From Promethearchaeia archaeon (GTDB lineage: Archaea > Asgardarchaeota > Lokiarchaeia > Sigyniarchaeales > SOKP01): a stretch of 64,000 nt of DNA. Where the stretch lies: the NCBI GenBank assembly GCA_029856125.1, contig JAHQWJ010000014.1, positions 159,085-223,084 of the forward strand, in the 5' to 3' direction. The position numbers and the translations under genes were made by a program. A model generated the notes under the pieces. The model did not search any database. It saw only the letters and a program-made list of their open reading frames with translations, and was not told the origin of the DNA. Below are positions 38,165-48,167 of the stretch, in pieces. The stretch's first letter is position 1. Each line of letters opens with the position of its first letter.

Positions 38165-40798
38165 ATGAAAGCTAAAGGGATTCTCACTCTAACGGGTGAA
38201 AAATTAAGATGCTCTGCTATGCCTTTAGGAGGTATAGGTACAGGCACAATTGCACTTGGAGGAGATGGACTTTTAAAACAATGGCAAATTACTAACACGG
38301 TAAATCATCGCGCATTTGTGCCTAACAGTTTTTTCGCCGTAAGAACTCGAACTTTGAAGAATTCGAACGAAAAACCAATTTCACGAGCGCTTATATGTAC
38401 TAAACCTCACGATGGAATTGATTTTAGACCCGCTAAATCTGTAAGTGATCATATAATCACTAATAATATGAAAGATTTCATTGATAAATTACCTCATGTT
38501 GAAAATATTATTTATGATGGCGAATACCCGGTTTCATTCTTAAAGTTTGAAGATTCTAAACTTCCTATTGAGATCAGATTAACCGCTTTTAACCCCTTTA
38601 TCCCCTTAGATGCAAAAAATTCGGGATTGCCATTAATTGTATTTCAATTTCGCATTAAAAATATTTCAAATGAGCCAATTGAAGCAATTCTGTTAGGAAA
38701 TTTGTTTAATTTCTTAGGTTGGGACGGTTTAAAAGTTATTAGAGGTGAATCTCATCCCCTTTTTGGTGGTAATTACAACATTCATAAGAAAATCGGTGAG
38801 TGGAACGCTATTTATATGAGATCAAAAACACTTCTTAAATCAGATAAGCGATATGGTAATTTAACTCTTGCAACCGATCAGCAAAATGTTTTGGTATCAC
38901 CTCAATGGGATAATTTAGATAATTTTTGGTCCAACTTTATAGAAAAAGGTACTCTGTTAAGAAGCGAATTAGAGGAACCAAGTGATATTGGAAGAACTTG
39001 GACTGGAAGTCTAGCTGTAAAGAAAAACTTGAAACCTGATGAGGAAAGAGTGATCACTTTTTTTATTGCTTGGAACTTTCCAAATCGTCTTGTTGATTGG
39101 CGTCTCAATTATGCTTTAATTAAAGATTTTCAATCTGAGTTTTGGATCGGAAACCAATATAATGAGTGGTTTAAAAATTCTTCAGAAGTTATCAAATATG
39201 TTAATCTCAATTTTCAATTTCTTTCGAATTACACTTCTAAATTCCACGATGCGTTTTTTTCTAGCATTTTACCGCCTGAAGTTTTAACTTCAATCTCCGC
39301 GAACTTTTCGACAATCAGAACGCCTACTTGTTTGTGGATTAGAAATGGATCTTTTCACGGATTTGAAGGATGTCACGGAGCTTCTACAGGAGGAAAATGG
39401 GGAGGATGTTGTCCCCTAAATTGCACACATGTATGGAACTACGAGTTTAGCTTGGCTCATTTATTTCCTACTTTAGAAAGGACAATGAGAGAAACAGAAT
39501 TTAAAATCCAACATAAAATGGGTTATTTACCTCACCGTACTGTTATTCCCTTATACTTACCTCAATTTGGGGAAAAACCAGATTTCGGTGATGTCCCACC
39601 TGCTATTGATGGAATGTTCGGTATGATTCTTAAAATTTATCGAGATTATTTAATAACAAGAGATCTCGACTTTCTAAAAAGTTCATGGAGCTACATTCAA
39701 AAATTAATGGAGTATATCATAAAAGAATATTACCTTGATACTGAAGGAACAATAACTCGCGCACAGCCTAACACTTATGACTGCTCTATCTACGGTTTCA
39801 ATACTTTTGTAGGATCACTTAATCTTACTGCGCTACTTGCCTGCGAGAAAATCGCATTAGAGTTAAATCTTCTCGATTGGGCAGCTAGGTGTAAGAAATT
39901 GTATAAATTTAGTCGAGAAACTATAGATAAGGAGTGTTGGAACGGCGAGTTTTACATCCAAAAGTACGACGAAAACAAGGTAAAAGAATTTCAATATGGC
40001 ATTGGATGTTTCTCAGATCAATTACTTGGGCAATGGTGGGCTTTTCATTTAGGTCTCGGATTCATCCTCCCCTCTAATCGAGTTAAGGAAGCAATAAAAG
40101 CTATAATAAAATACAATTTTAAGGAGTCTCTCGAAGGTTTTAAACAAATGCCTAGAACATTTGCTTCGCCTACGGAATCGGGTTTATTAACTTGTTCTTG
40201 GCCAAATGGAGGAAGACCTAAAGTTCCAACGCTTTATACTGACGAAGTGTGGACTGGAATTGAATACGAAATAGCCGCACTTAGTATCTATATCGGAGAT
40301 GTTAATGCTGGGTTAAAATTAATAAATTCTGTCAGGAAAAGATACGATGGTTCTCATAGAAACCCTTGGAACGAGGTAGAGTGTGGAGATCATTATGTAA
40401 GACCGATGTCTTCTTGGACTTTACTCCATGCTTTAACAGGAATATCGTATTCTTCGAAGTTAAATCAATTGTCCATATCTCCTAAAATAAATCAGCGAAA
40501 TTTTCAATCGTTTTTTATTACTAAATCAGCATGGGGTAAAATATCCCAAAAGATTACTCATAAGATGCTTACTTGCTCCATAACAATCTCCTATGGAACA
40601 TTGGAATTGAGTTCGATAGCGATCGATTTAAAAGATATATTTCATGAAGGAAAAATTAGCAAATCAACGGTTATTTCAAAAGGAAAATATCGAGATATAA
40701 GAGTAACCCAAATATTCAAAGGTTCGATCGTCGAGATTTCACTTGATGAAAATCTGAATTTGGATGAAGGACATCAACTTCTTTTAGAATTTGATTAA
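38165..40798 (+). CDS. Glycoside hydrolase family 116 (GBA2-like)
   Basis: MPLGGIGTG, GEYP, FHGFEG, NCTHVWNY, NTYD, DQLLGQW, EVWTGIEY and NPWNEVECG.HY.RPMSSW motifs. Confidence 0.9.
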   Translation: MKAKGILTLTGEKLRCSAMPLGGIGTGTIALGGDGLLKQWQITNTVNHRAFVPNSFFAVRTRTLKNSNEKPISRALICTKPHDGIDFRPAKSVSDHIITNNMKDFIDKLPHVENIIYDGEYPVSFLKFEDSKLPIEIRLTAFNPFIPLDAKNSGLPLIVFQFRIKNISNEPIEAILLGNLFNFLGWDGLKVIRGESHPLFGGNYNIHKKIGEWNAIYMRSKTLLKSDKRYGNLTLATDQQNVLVSPQWDNLDNFWSNFIEKGTLLRSELEEPSDIGRTWTGSLAVKKNLKPDEERVITFFIAWNFPNRLVDWRLNYALIKDFQSEFWIGNQYNEWFKNSSEVIKYVNLNFQFLSNYTSKFHDAFFSSILPPEVLTSISANFSTIRTPTCLWIRNGSFHGFEGCHGASTGGKWGGCCPLNCTHVWNYEFSLAHLFPTLERTMRETEFKIQHKMGYLPHRTVIPLYLPQFGEKPDFGDVPPAIDGMFGMILKIYRDYLITRDLDFLKSSWSYIQKLMEYIIKEYYLDTEGTITRAQPNTYDCSIYGFNTFVGSLNLTALLACEKIALELNLLDWAARCKKLYKFSRETIDKECWNGEFYIQKYDENKVKEFQYGIGCFSDQLLGQWWAFHLGLGFILPSNRVKEAIKAIIKYNFKESLEGFKQMPRTFASPTESGLLTCSWPNGGRPKVPTLYTDEVWTGIEYEIAALSIYIGDVNAGLKLINSVRKRYDGSHRNPWNEVECGDHYVRPMSSWTLLHALTGISYSSKLNQLSISPKINQRNFQSFFITKSAWGKISQKITHKMLTCSITISYGTLELSSIAIDLKDIFHEGKISKSTVISKGKYRDIRVTQIFKGSIVEISLDENLNLDEGHQLLLEFD

Positions 40799-40845
40799 TT
40801 AAAAATAAAAAATATGATAGATAAATTTCTTCCCAAACTAGATAG

Positions 40846-41415
40846 TTACTCTACCGCATGACCACAACTAGCACAGAATTTAGCTTCTATTGGTAACTCA
40901 GTTCCGCAATTCGGACAATTCTTATTATCCTTCACATCTTGAGCTTTTTCTGCTATATTCGAGCCACAATGAGGACAAAATTTAGCATCTTCATCTATTT
41001 TATCACCACAAAAAGGACAATTCACTTTCACGGCGGGTGTTTCGCTTTTAGTCACTGACGCTAAAGAGATAGGTTTTGGTGTAGTTTGAACAGTTCCCAC
41101 CTGAACCGAAATTGGAAGAGTTAAGTTGTGCCCTCTCTTGGTTAATAAGTTAGCTGTTAAAGTAAAAACACCATTTTCCTTAGGTAGTATTGAAAAGAGC
41201 CGATTACGGCTATTTCGTTTAGCAATCCCCCCATAAAATTCTCTTTTTATTAAGATTTTAACTTCTGGAGGTCCAGATAATTGTACTTTAACTTGTGGCA
41301 TATAGCTATCAGTAAGATTTTGAACAGTAATGTAGAATTCTTTCCGTTTATTTAAACTACAATAAATTGCTTCTGCATTTCCTTTTAAACCAAAATGAAA
41401 ATCTGATTCAGACAT
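40846..41415 (-). CDS. Double zinc-ribbon domain protein
   Basis: CPFCG...FCPHCG and CPNCG...FCASCG after a beta-rich N-terminal domain. Confidence 0.82.
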   Translation of the reverse strand: MSESDFHFGLKGNAEAIYCSLNKRKEFYITVQNLTDSYMPQVKVQLSGPPEVKILIKREFYGGIAKRNSRNRLFSILPKENGVFTLTANLLTKRGHNLTLPISVQVGTVQTTPKPISLASVTKSETPAVKVNCPFCGDKIDEDAKFCPHCGSNIAEKAQDVKDNKNCPNCGTELPIEAKFCASCGHAVE

Positions 41416-41612
41416 AATTATTCTCGTTATTCTTTTTCTTCTTTAAGGTAATTTGACTATATATTTTTTTACTTTATTTTAAAAATTAAAAGAATCGTAC
41501 AGAAATTACTGTATACTATAAAATTAGGTAAAGCAAATATATAACATTTGGAGCCCAATTTTTTAAAATATAAAGGAAATTAAAAAAAATAAAAATATTA
41601 AAGTTAAACTAA

Positions 41613-42764
41613 TTATTTTCTATATACTCCGTAGGTCTTGCATGTATCTATCATAGCTTTTACGTTTTCGAGTTTAGCATCGTCAGGAATTTCGGACCCA
41701 ACAAATAGACCTCCTCCGTCAGCGCATTTATCAATAATTTCTTTTACTTGCTTTTCGATCATAGCTGGAGTTCCTAACTTAAATAGGGAGGGTTTGAGGT
41801 TTCCTTGAATGCAAATGTGATCACCTAAGATTTCTTTAGCTTTGAAAATGTCCGTTCTTTCGTCCATATGTAAATATAATTTGCCCTTTGGTAATTCTTT
41901 GAAGTAATGCAATCGATCTGTCCAATCCGTATCCATATGCATTTGAACTATATAACCCTTTTTCACATAAGCAGTTACCATTTTCTTAAAATAAGGCCAA
42001 AAAAGCTCTTCAAAATGTTTTATTGAGATGAAATCAGCGCTAGCTCTTGATGCACCACATATAAGAGTTTTCCCACCGCTCATCGAAATTCCGTATTCTC
42101 CCATTAATATTAAGTTATCAATCAGAAAATCGCTTACTTCCTTAATCTTATCGGGAATTCGATATATATCTTTCATAAAATTGGTAGAACCTCGAAATAC
42201 AGAAAATAATTCGAAGGGAGTAGACCCACCACCATCGCTAAATGTAGGAACTTGAAAGTGAGTCCACCATCTTTCTGTATTTTCTGCAACTTTCGCTCCA
42301 ATTTTACCTAGTTTTGTCATATCTTTCATTCCGGCTCTTTTAAAATTAGCTAGCCTTAAGAAGCCTTCATCAATTATTTTATCGTAATCTGATACTTTCA
42401 TGAATGGATCAGCAAGACTTTGTTCAACAAGTTGAGGAAACTCATTTTCACCTAACATTCGTCCAGGTAATCTCCAGTCAAGGTAAAACATAGAAAAAAT
42501 ATCAGGAAATGGGTTTACGTGCATCATATACACCCCCCCGCCAGCCATAGCTATGTCGTATCCCCCTAATTTATGATAAATCCATTCGTAAGCTTCTTGA
42601 GATTTGACTGGATCTTCAACCATTTGTTGAGCTGTAACATCATAATAGGTCACAGGTAAATAATCTATTAGCGGCCAAACGGGAACTCTATCCGGTTCTT
42701 TTAAGGCCATTGCTGTCATGACTCTTTCAACCGAAGTCATTGGTTCTTCTTTAATAGGTTCCAT
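41613..42764 (-). CDS. UroD/MtaA-like methyltransferase family protein
   Basis: MTSVERV...PDRVPV, FEELFWPY, KAKEILG..ICIQGN, GGG and ENVKAM motifs; start at ATG 42764. Confidence 0.88.
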   Translation of the reverse strand: MEPIKEEPMTSVERVMTAMALKEPDRVPVWPLIDYLPVTYYDVTAQQMVEDPVKSQEAYEWIYHKLGGYDIAMAGGGVYMMHVNPFPDIFSMFYLDWRLPGRMLGENEFPQLVEQSLADPFMKVSDYDKIIDEGFLRLANFKRAGMKDMTKLGKIGAKVAENTERWWTHFQVPTFSDGGGSTPFELFSVFRGSTNFMKDIYRIPDKIKEVSDFLIDNLILMGEYGISMSGGKTLICGASRASADFISIKHFEELFWPYFKKMVTAYVKKGYIVQMHMDTDWTDRLHYFKELPKGKLYLHMDERTDIFKAKEILGDHICIQGNLKPSLFKLGTPAMIEKQVKEIIDKCADGGGLFVGSEIPDDAKLENVKAMIDTCKTYGVYRK

Positions 42765-42766
42765 TT

Positions 42767-43408
42767 TTATCCACCCTTTAACCATTTAGTTACTATCTTC
42801 ACACCATTAAATGCATTATCGGTATATGCGTCAGCTCCTGCTTCCTTCATCCACATTTCATCAACAGGTAATCCTCCTATAATAATCTTTAATTTATCTC
42901 TCAATCCTGCCGTTTTTAATGCTTCTGTTGTTTGTTTCATTGATTCAAGCGCTACTGTTAATAAACCAGAATAAGCGACTATATCTGCTTTTGTTTCTTT
43001 GACTTTGTTAATGAATTTTTCGGCGTCTATGTCTACACCTAAATCATGAACTTCAAAACCTGCAGCTTGTAGAAGAGTTACGAAAATATTCTTTCCAATA
43101 TCGTGGACATCGCCTTTAACTGTCCCTACTACAACCACGCCTAATTTTTCACTCATTTTGGTGTCATCTTTCATTACCGCTTCAAGAATTTTAGCAGATT
43201 GTTGGAAAATTTCACCAGCCATAACTAATTCGGTTAGAAAATATTCTTTTTTATTAAATCTTTCTCCAACAATTTCTACTCCTTTGCGCAACATATCAAT
43301 AACTTCTTTTGGATTGACTCCTTCGTCTAATAATGCTTTTACAAGGGAGTAAGATTTTTCTTCTTCTAACTCCGTAACTGCGTGGATAAGCTCTTCTTTT
43401 GTTCCCAT
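42767..43408 (-). CDS. Corrinoid (B12-binding) methyl-carrier protein
   Basis: GDVHDIGKN B12 motif, DLGVD, SGLLT and IIGG; N-terminal cap domain. Confidence 0.93.
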   Translation of the reverse strand: MGTKEELIHAVTELEEEKSYSLVKALLDEGVNPKEVIDMLRKGVEIVGERFNKKEYFLTELVMAGEIFQQSAKILEAVMKDDTKMSEKLGVVVVGTVKGDVHDIGKNIFVTLLQAAGFEVHDLGVDIDAEKFINKVKETKADIVAYSGLLTVALESMKQTTEALKTAGLRDKLKIIIGGLPVDEMWMKEAGADAYTDNAFNGVKIVTKWLKGG

Positions 43409-43413
43409 TATTT

Positions 43414-43563
43414 CTATTTACCTCCCATCTTTTTTTTCGTAAAAGCAAATATTAAGCGCCTCATTGAAAATTTCTTACCATTTTTACCCCAAAGGACCTT
43501 ACCTATCGCCACATACATTTCATCCTTATCAACATAATTTGGTTTATTTTTAAATTCTTCCAT
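43414..43563 (-). CDS. Hypothetical 49-aa basic microprotein (not in ORF track)
   Basis: MEEFKNKPNYVDKDEMYVAIGKVLWGKNGKKFSMRRLIFAFTKKKMGGK*, with GAGGA upstream; its last codons supply the GGAGGT SD for the corrinoid gene. Confidence 0.65.
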   Translation of the reverse strand: MEEFKNKPNYVDKDEMYVAIGKVLWGKNGKKFSMRRLIFAFTKKKMGGK

Positions 43564-43643
43564 ACATCTATCCTCTAATTTATTTTGAATAATAATTACA
43601 TTTCTTCTTAGGTCTATTTAAATATTAATTATTTCAATATATT

Positions 43644-43868
43644 CTATGATTTCTCTTTTTTCTTCCCCGCTATTTTTATATACATTAAAACCCCCATAAA
43701 ACCTCCCATAAATCCACTTATTAAACCACTAATCGCATGATTCATCCCATTTATTACATTATCCGTCGGAAATGGTATTACGAAAAAGTTCATGAGGAAG
43801 CTCATTATAACCCCCATAACTGCTCCAATTATTCCAGCCTTTAGTGATTCCTTGACACTATCATTCAT
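43644..43868 (-). CDS. Small Gly-rich membrane protein (2 TM)
   Basis: 74 aa, GxxxG-rich helices, AGGAGG SD. Confidence 0.75.
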   Translation of the reverse strand: MNDSVKESLKAGIIGAVMGVIMSFLMNFFVIPFPTDNVINGMNHAISGLISGFMGGFMGVLMYIKIAGKKKEKS

Positions 43869-44051
43869 GATATTATCCTCCTAATTTTTAATCTGCTTTT
43901 ATTTATTTGATTTTTTTAATTTGTTATTATGATATCTATCCGTTCTTGAAACATATAAATGTTAAAGAAAATAGAGTTTGAAGACTATTATTTGGAAGGC
44001 TAAATTTTTTGAAATAATTTGTAAAATATCAATCGAATAGTTTTAAAAGTT

Positions 44052-44714
44052 TTAGCTTATAATTTTCTGTTTAAAGATCTCGATTGTATCCGAAATTTCA
44101 TTTAACCGCACAGAAAATTCTTTTGGTTTTAATTTTTTTAACTTTTCAAAATCACGTATGATCTCTTTGAATTCGCTAATCCAAATTTTCATAAGAATCT
44201 CGTTTTCTTTTCCTTCGACTTGTTTATTGATTATCGTGCTAATCGATGAGTTGACTTTATCCATAAATTTCTTTTCATTTATTGTATAAGAAATTTTTAG
44301 TATATCTTGCTGGGATTTAAGGTATTCAATATCTTCCTTCATCGATGATTTGTGTTGTAATAATTCCTCATTAAACTTGTTTATCATATCTATGATGATT
44401 TCTTCTTGAGTTCTAATAGTTTGCTCAATTCGTTCTTGGCTAGATAAAATATCGCCCTTGATATTGATTATCTCTTGTTTTACAAACTTTATTTCACCTT
44501 CTAAATTAGAAACTTGCTCCTTTAGATTTTGGATCGATTTAGTATTTGATTTAAGCGAATCCATTTTGGATATAGCTTTTTCATATTGGTCTGCTAACTG
44601 GTGCAAGCTTTTTGGGACATTTTTCATCGAAGTGAAATCTTTTTCGAGTTTATCAACTTGTTCAATTAAATGTTGAAATTCTTTGGGAGTAATTTCTTCA
44701 ATTTTTTTAGGAAT
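44052..44714 (-). CDS. Hypothetical coiled-coil protein (putative ATT start)
   Basis: Heptad-rich. The frame stays open upstream of the track's ATG (44627) to ATT at 44714, 6 nt after GGTGA. Confidence 0.7.
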   Translation of the reverse strand: MPKKIEEITPKEFQHLIEQVDKLEKDFTSMKNVPKSLHQLADQYEKAISKMDSLKSNTKSIQNLKEQVSNLEGEIKFVKQEIINIKGDILSSQERIEQTIRTQEEIIIDMINKFNEELLQHKSSMKEDIEYLKSQQDILKISYTINEKKFMDKVNSSISTIINKQVEGKENEILMKIWISEFKEIIRDFEKLKKLKPKEFSVRLNEISDTIEIFKQKIIS

Positions 44715-44757
44715 TACATTTCACCATTAATAATCGATTATGTTTGCTTAATAAATT

Positions 44758-45729
44758 TTAAATGTTCTGGTCCGATTTCTCAAGCTCTAAAATTGAATCT
44801 AACTTTAATTCAAAATCTTTATTTAAATTTGATAGATCAGCTAAAGACTTGTCAATATTATCTATTAGAGCATTAATTGGAGATTTTTTTAGTTCTGAAA
44901 TAAGCTCAGAAATAACAACTAAATTATTCTTAAAAGCGCTAACTATATTTTCTTTGATTTTATTTTTATCAATGCCAAATTCAGCGATTTTTTTAAGATC
45001 TCTGATTTCTTTAAGGGGAACTTGTTCCTTTTCTGATAACTTAATATTTTTTTTAATAATTTGGGGAGTGATCTTCTTATGAAGCGTATTTGAATCAATT
45101 TCATCAATGTTGATAATTAATTCGTCTAATTTGTCTTCAGATTTATCGGCAGAAGTTAAAAAATTATTCGATATACCTCGAAATTGTGCTTCATTGCCAC
45201 TTTCTTCCAATTTTTTTAAAAAATCAAAAACTACAAGTGTAAATAGCTCTGTAATATTATCTTGGGTTTTCGCAGACACGAATACTATTGGGAATTCTTG
45301 AATTTGATAATTTCTTATAATATTCAAGAGAATTTCAGAATCCTCTGGTTTTACTAAATCAGATTTATTTCCTATTAAATAAATAATGCATTCAGGAGAG
45401 TGTTTTGATAAGTTTTTAAGATACGTGTCTTTTATTTCTTGGAGAGACTCCTTTGGGTTATTCAAGTCAAATAATAGTAGAGCTGAATCCAAATTACTGA
45501 AAAACACGGGATTCAGAGGATTGAAACTTCTTTGCCCTCCAATATCCCATATATTTAATCTTATATAATTATCTTTAAATTTGTATTCTTTTTTGGCAAT
45601 ATTACTGCCAATAGTGGGGATATACATGGAAGGAAATTCTTTTCCCACTAGCATATTGACTATGGATGTTTTACCGACACCCCATTGACCCAATATTGTG
45701 AGCTTAATATTGATTTCAGAGACTAGCAT
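44758..45729 (-). CDS. Rab/Ras-like small GTPase with C-terminal helical extension
   Basis: G1 GQWGVGKTS, G2 PTIG, G3 WDIGGQ, G4 NKSD, G5 SAK. Confidence 0.93.
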   Translation of the reverse strand: MLVSEINIKLTILGQWGVGKTSIVNMLVGKEFPSMYIPTIGSNIAKKEYKFKDNYIRLNIWDIGGQRSFNPLNPVFFSNLDSALLLFDLNNPKESLQEIKDTYLKNLSKHSPECIIYLIGNKSDLVKPEDSEILLNIIRNYQIQEFPIVFVSAKTQDNITELFTLVVFDFLKKLEESGNEAQFRGISNNFLTSADKSEDKLDELIINIDEIDSNTLHKKITPQIIKKNIKLSEKEQVPLKEIRDLKKIAEFGIDKNKIKENIVSAFKNNLVVISELISELKKSPINALIDNIDKSLADLSNLNKDFELKLDSILELEKSDQNI

Positions 45730-45840
45730 TGACAGTAATTAAAAAAAATATTGATAATTTATTAGCATATAAAAAAAGGTCTATTTAAATATGCTTTATT
45801 CAGAAGCAGAATCTAGAGGAAGAAAGTATTAAATACTCTT

Positions 45841-46437
45841 CTAATTGGAAGGAATATCTAAATTTTTCTCTGAAAATTTTTTAAAAGCGTATATTAATCT
45901 TTGGAGAACTGTTACATTAGTGCAAATGGCAAGAATAACCATTGTCCACCAGATTGCGGTGGGAAACCAGATTTGAAATATTGAGCCTATAAAAAGGATT
46001 GGAACTCTATCTGTTCTTTCAAGCAATCCGACACCGTATAAGTTTGGAACTCCTAAACTTTCTATTTTGGCTCTAGTATACGAAGTTAAAAATGCTCCAG
46101 CTAAAGTAATTAGTCCAATATAGATGTTAGTATACCCACCAAGAATAATACCAAAGAAAATGAAGAAATCTCCTATTCTATCTAAGGTAGAATCTAAAAA
46201 GGCTCCCAATTTAGTTGGTCCTTGCAATCGAGCAACTACACCATCTAATTGATCAAAAAACTCAACGATAAATAGCGTTATAATGATAAAAACTAGACTT
46301 TGGAACATGAAACTTAAAAGGGTTAAAAATGCGAAAAAAAGACCTAAAGCAGTGATAAGGTTAGCGGGTACTTTTTTTATCTTTTTCCCCAATGGAAGTA
46401 ATAGTTTTTCTGAATACTTTTTTACTCCTAATAACAT
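45841..46437 (-). CDS. CDP-alcohol phosphatidyltransferase (archaetidylinositol-phosphate synthase-like)
   Basis: DQLDGVVAR...GAFLDSTLDR signature, SYTRAK and GLLERTDR. Confidence 0.9.
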   Translation of the reverse strand: MLLGVKKYSEKLLLPLGKKIKKVPANLITALGLFFAFLTLLSFMFQSLVFIIITLFIVEFFDQLDGVVARLQGPTKLGAFLDSTLDRIGDFFIFFGIILGGYTNIYIGLITLAGAFLTSYTRAKIESLGVPNLYGVGLLERTDRVPILFIGSIFQIWFPTAIWWTMVILAICTNVTVLQRLIYAFKKFSEKNLDIPSN

Positions 46438-46544
46438 CTTGCTGTATTATCTTAGATTTAGTGGGTTATATCTTTTTCTAAATATAAGGCTTATCATAAT
46501 TTATCATTAATGAATCAATGAGAAAAAATATAAAAAAAAAACTT

Positions 46545-48038
46545 TTAAACGCTATATATTGGGTAAAATTTCTGTTCTAAATACTCTATAAAATAGTCTG
46601 GGTTTAACTCCTCTCCCGTCACTCTAGTAATCAAGTCCTTAGCTTGATAAATTCTGCCGTATTGGTGGATATTTTCTCTTACAAATGTCAACAAGTTAGA
46701 AAAATTACCTGTTTCATACGCTCTAGGCAAGGATGGATGGTCTTTAAGGGCTTTTTTATAGAATTGTGCTCCATATAAGTTTCCTAAAAAGTAAGTAGGG
46801 AAATAGCCAAAATATCCAGAAGACCAATGTACATCTTGTAAGACGCCATCTGCATTGTTTGGGGGCGTTATTCCTAACAAATCCTCCATTTTTGAATTCC
46901 ATATTTCTGGTAATTCACTAACATTTACATTACCCTCGATAATATCTCTTTCTAATTCGAATCTTAATATTACATGCATACCGTAGGTAACTTCATCAGC
47001 ATCTACACGAATAAGAGAAGGTTGGACTGTGTTAATACTTCGATAAAAATCCTCCATAGAGATACCTTTGAAATTGCCTGGAAAATTTTTTTCTAATTTA
47101 GGATACCAATATTTCCAAAATTCTTTGCTGCGCCCTACCATATTTTCCCACATTCTCGATTGACTTTCGTGAATGCCCATTGAACAGCCATCTGCTAAAA
47201 TGTTATCGTGAATTTCTTCCTTAAACCCCATTTCGTATAAAGCGTGTCCACATTCGTGAATCGACCCAAAAAGGCATGTTGAGAAGAAATTCTCGTTAAT
47301 TCGCGTAGTAAATCTTGTATCCGTCGAAGAAAGAGATGTTGTAAATGGATGAGCTGATTTATCTTGACGTCCTTTATTAAAATCATAATTCAATCCCTTT
47401 ACGACTTCAATACTAAAATCCCATTGTTTATCTACATCCCATTTCTGGGTAAGAATGGAAAAGTCTGGTTTATCGGTTGACGTATTCAATTTTTTTATGA
47501 TTTTATTAAGGTTTTGTTTCGATTTGCTGAAAATTTTCGCAATCCAATCGTATGTGGCACCGGGTTCGTAGAGATCGATGAGCGTTGAGTAAAGATCAGG
47601 ATGTGTATCTAATTTTTCTGCAACTTGAATTTGGAGCCCGATCATCTTCTCTAAAAGTGGTTGAAATAGAGAAAAATCATCTTTTTTCCGGGCTTCAACC
47701 CATTTAGCGTGACCTAAAGAGGCAGTTTTAGAAATTTCTTCAACCAATTTCGTTGGTAATTTGACTTCTTGATCGTAGTCTCTTTTAGCTTCTCGTATGA
47801 AGGCAGCGTCAATTAAATCTAAATTATCTAACTTCTCACATTCTTTGATCAGATTTCCTATTTTATCAGAAATTAATCGCTCATGAACTATTTTACTCAT
47901 AAGAGCACTTTGTTCCGCTCTACCTCCAAAAGATCCGTTAGGTAAATTAACCTTTTCATCCCATCCTAATAAAGCACGGATGTGGTTAAGGCGAGTAATT
48001 TCACTAAATTTTTTCTTAAGTTCTTCTATAGGATTCAT
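46545..48038 (-). CDS. Carboxypeptidase, family M32
   Basis: HPF, HECGH, HESQSR, IRVDAD, QDVHW and GYFPTY motifs. Confidence 0.95.
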   Translation of the reverse strand: MNPIEELKKKFSEITRLNHIRALLGWDEKVNLPNGSFGGRAEQSALMSKIVHERLISDKIGNLIKECEKLDNLDLIDAAFIREAKRDYDQEVKLPTKLVEEISKTASLGHAKWVEARKKDDFSLFQPLLEKMIGLQIQVAEKLDTHPDLYSTLIDLYEPGATYDWIAKIFSKSKQNLNKIIKKLNTSTDKPDFSILTQKWDVDKQWDFSIEVVKGLNYDFNKGRQDKSAHPFTTSLSSTDTRFTTRINENFFSTCLFGSIHECGHALYEMGFKEEIHDNILADGCSMGIHESQSRMWENMVGRSKEFWKYWYPKLEKNFPGNFKGISMEDFYRSINTVQPSLIRVDADEVTYGMHVILRFELERDIIEGNVNVSELPEIWNSKMEDLLGITPPNNADGVLQDVHWSSGYFGYFPTYFLGNLYGAQFYKKALKDHPSLPRAYETGNFSNLLTFVRENIHQYGRIYQAKDLITRVTGEELNPDYFIEYLEQKFYPIYSV

Positions 48039-48167
48039 ATTTTTAAATACATGTTTTAATTTTCTTGAAATTTATATAAGCGAGATAAATCTAAGAATAT
48101 AAAAAAAATTTGCTTTTTGTGTTCACTACTACATTCTCTTATTAAGTGAAAATCTAGTCAAAAACCT

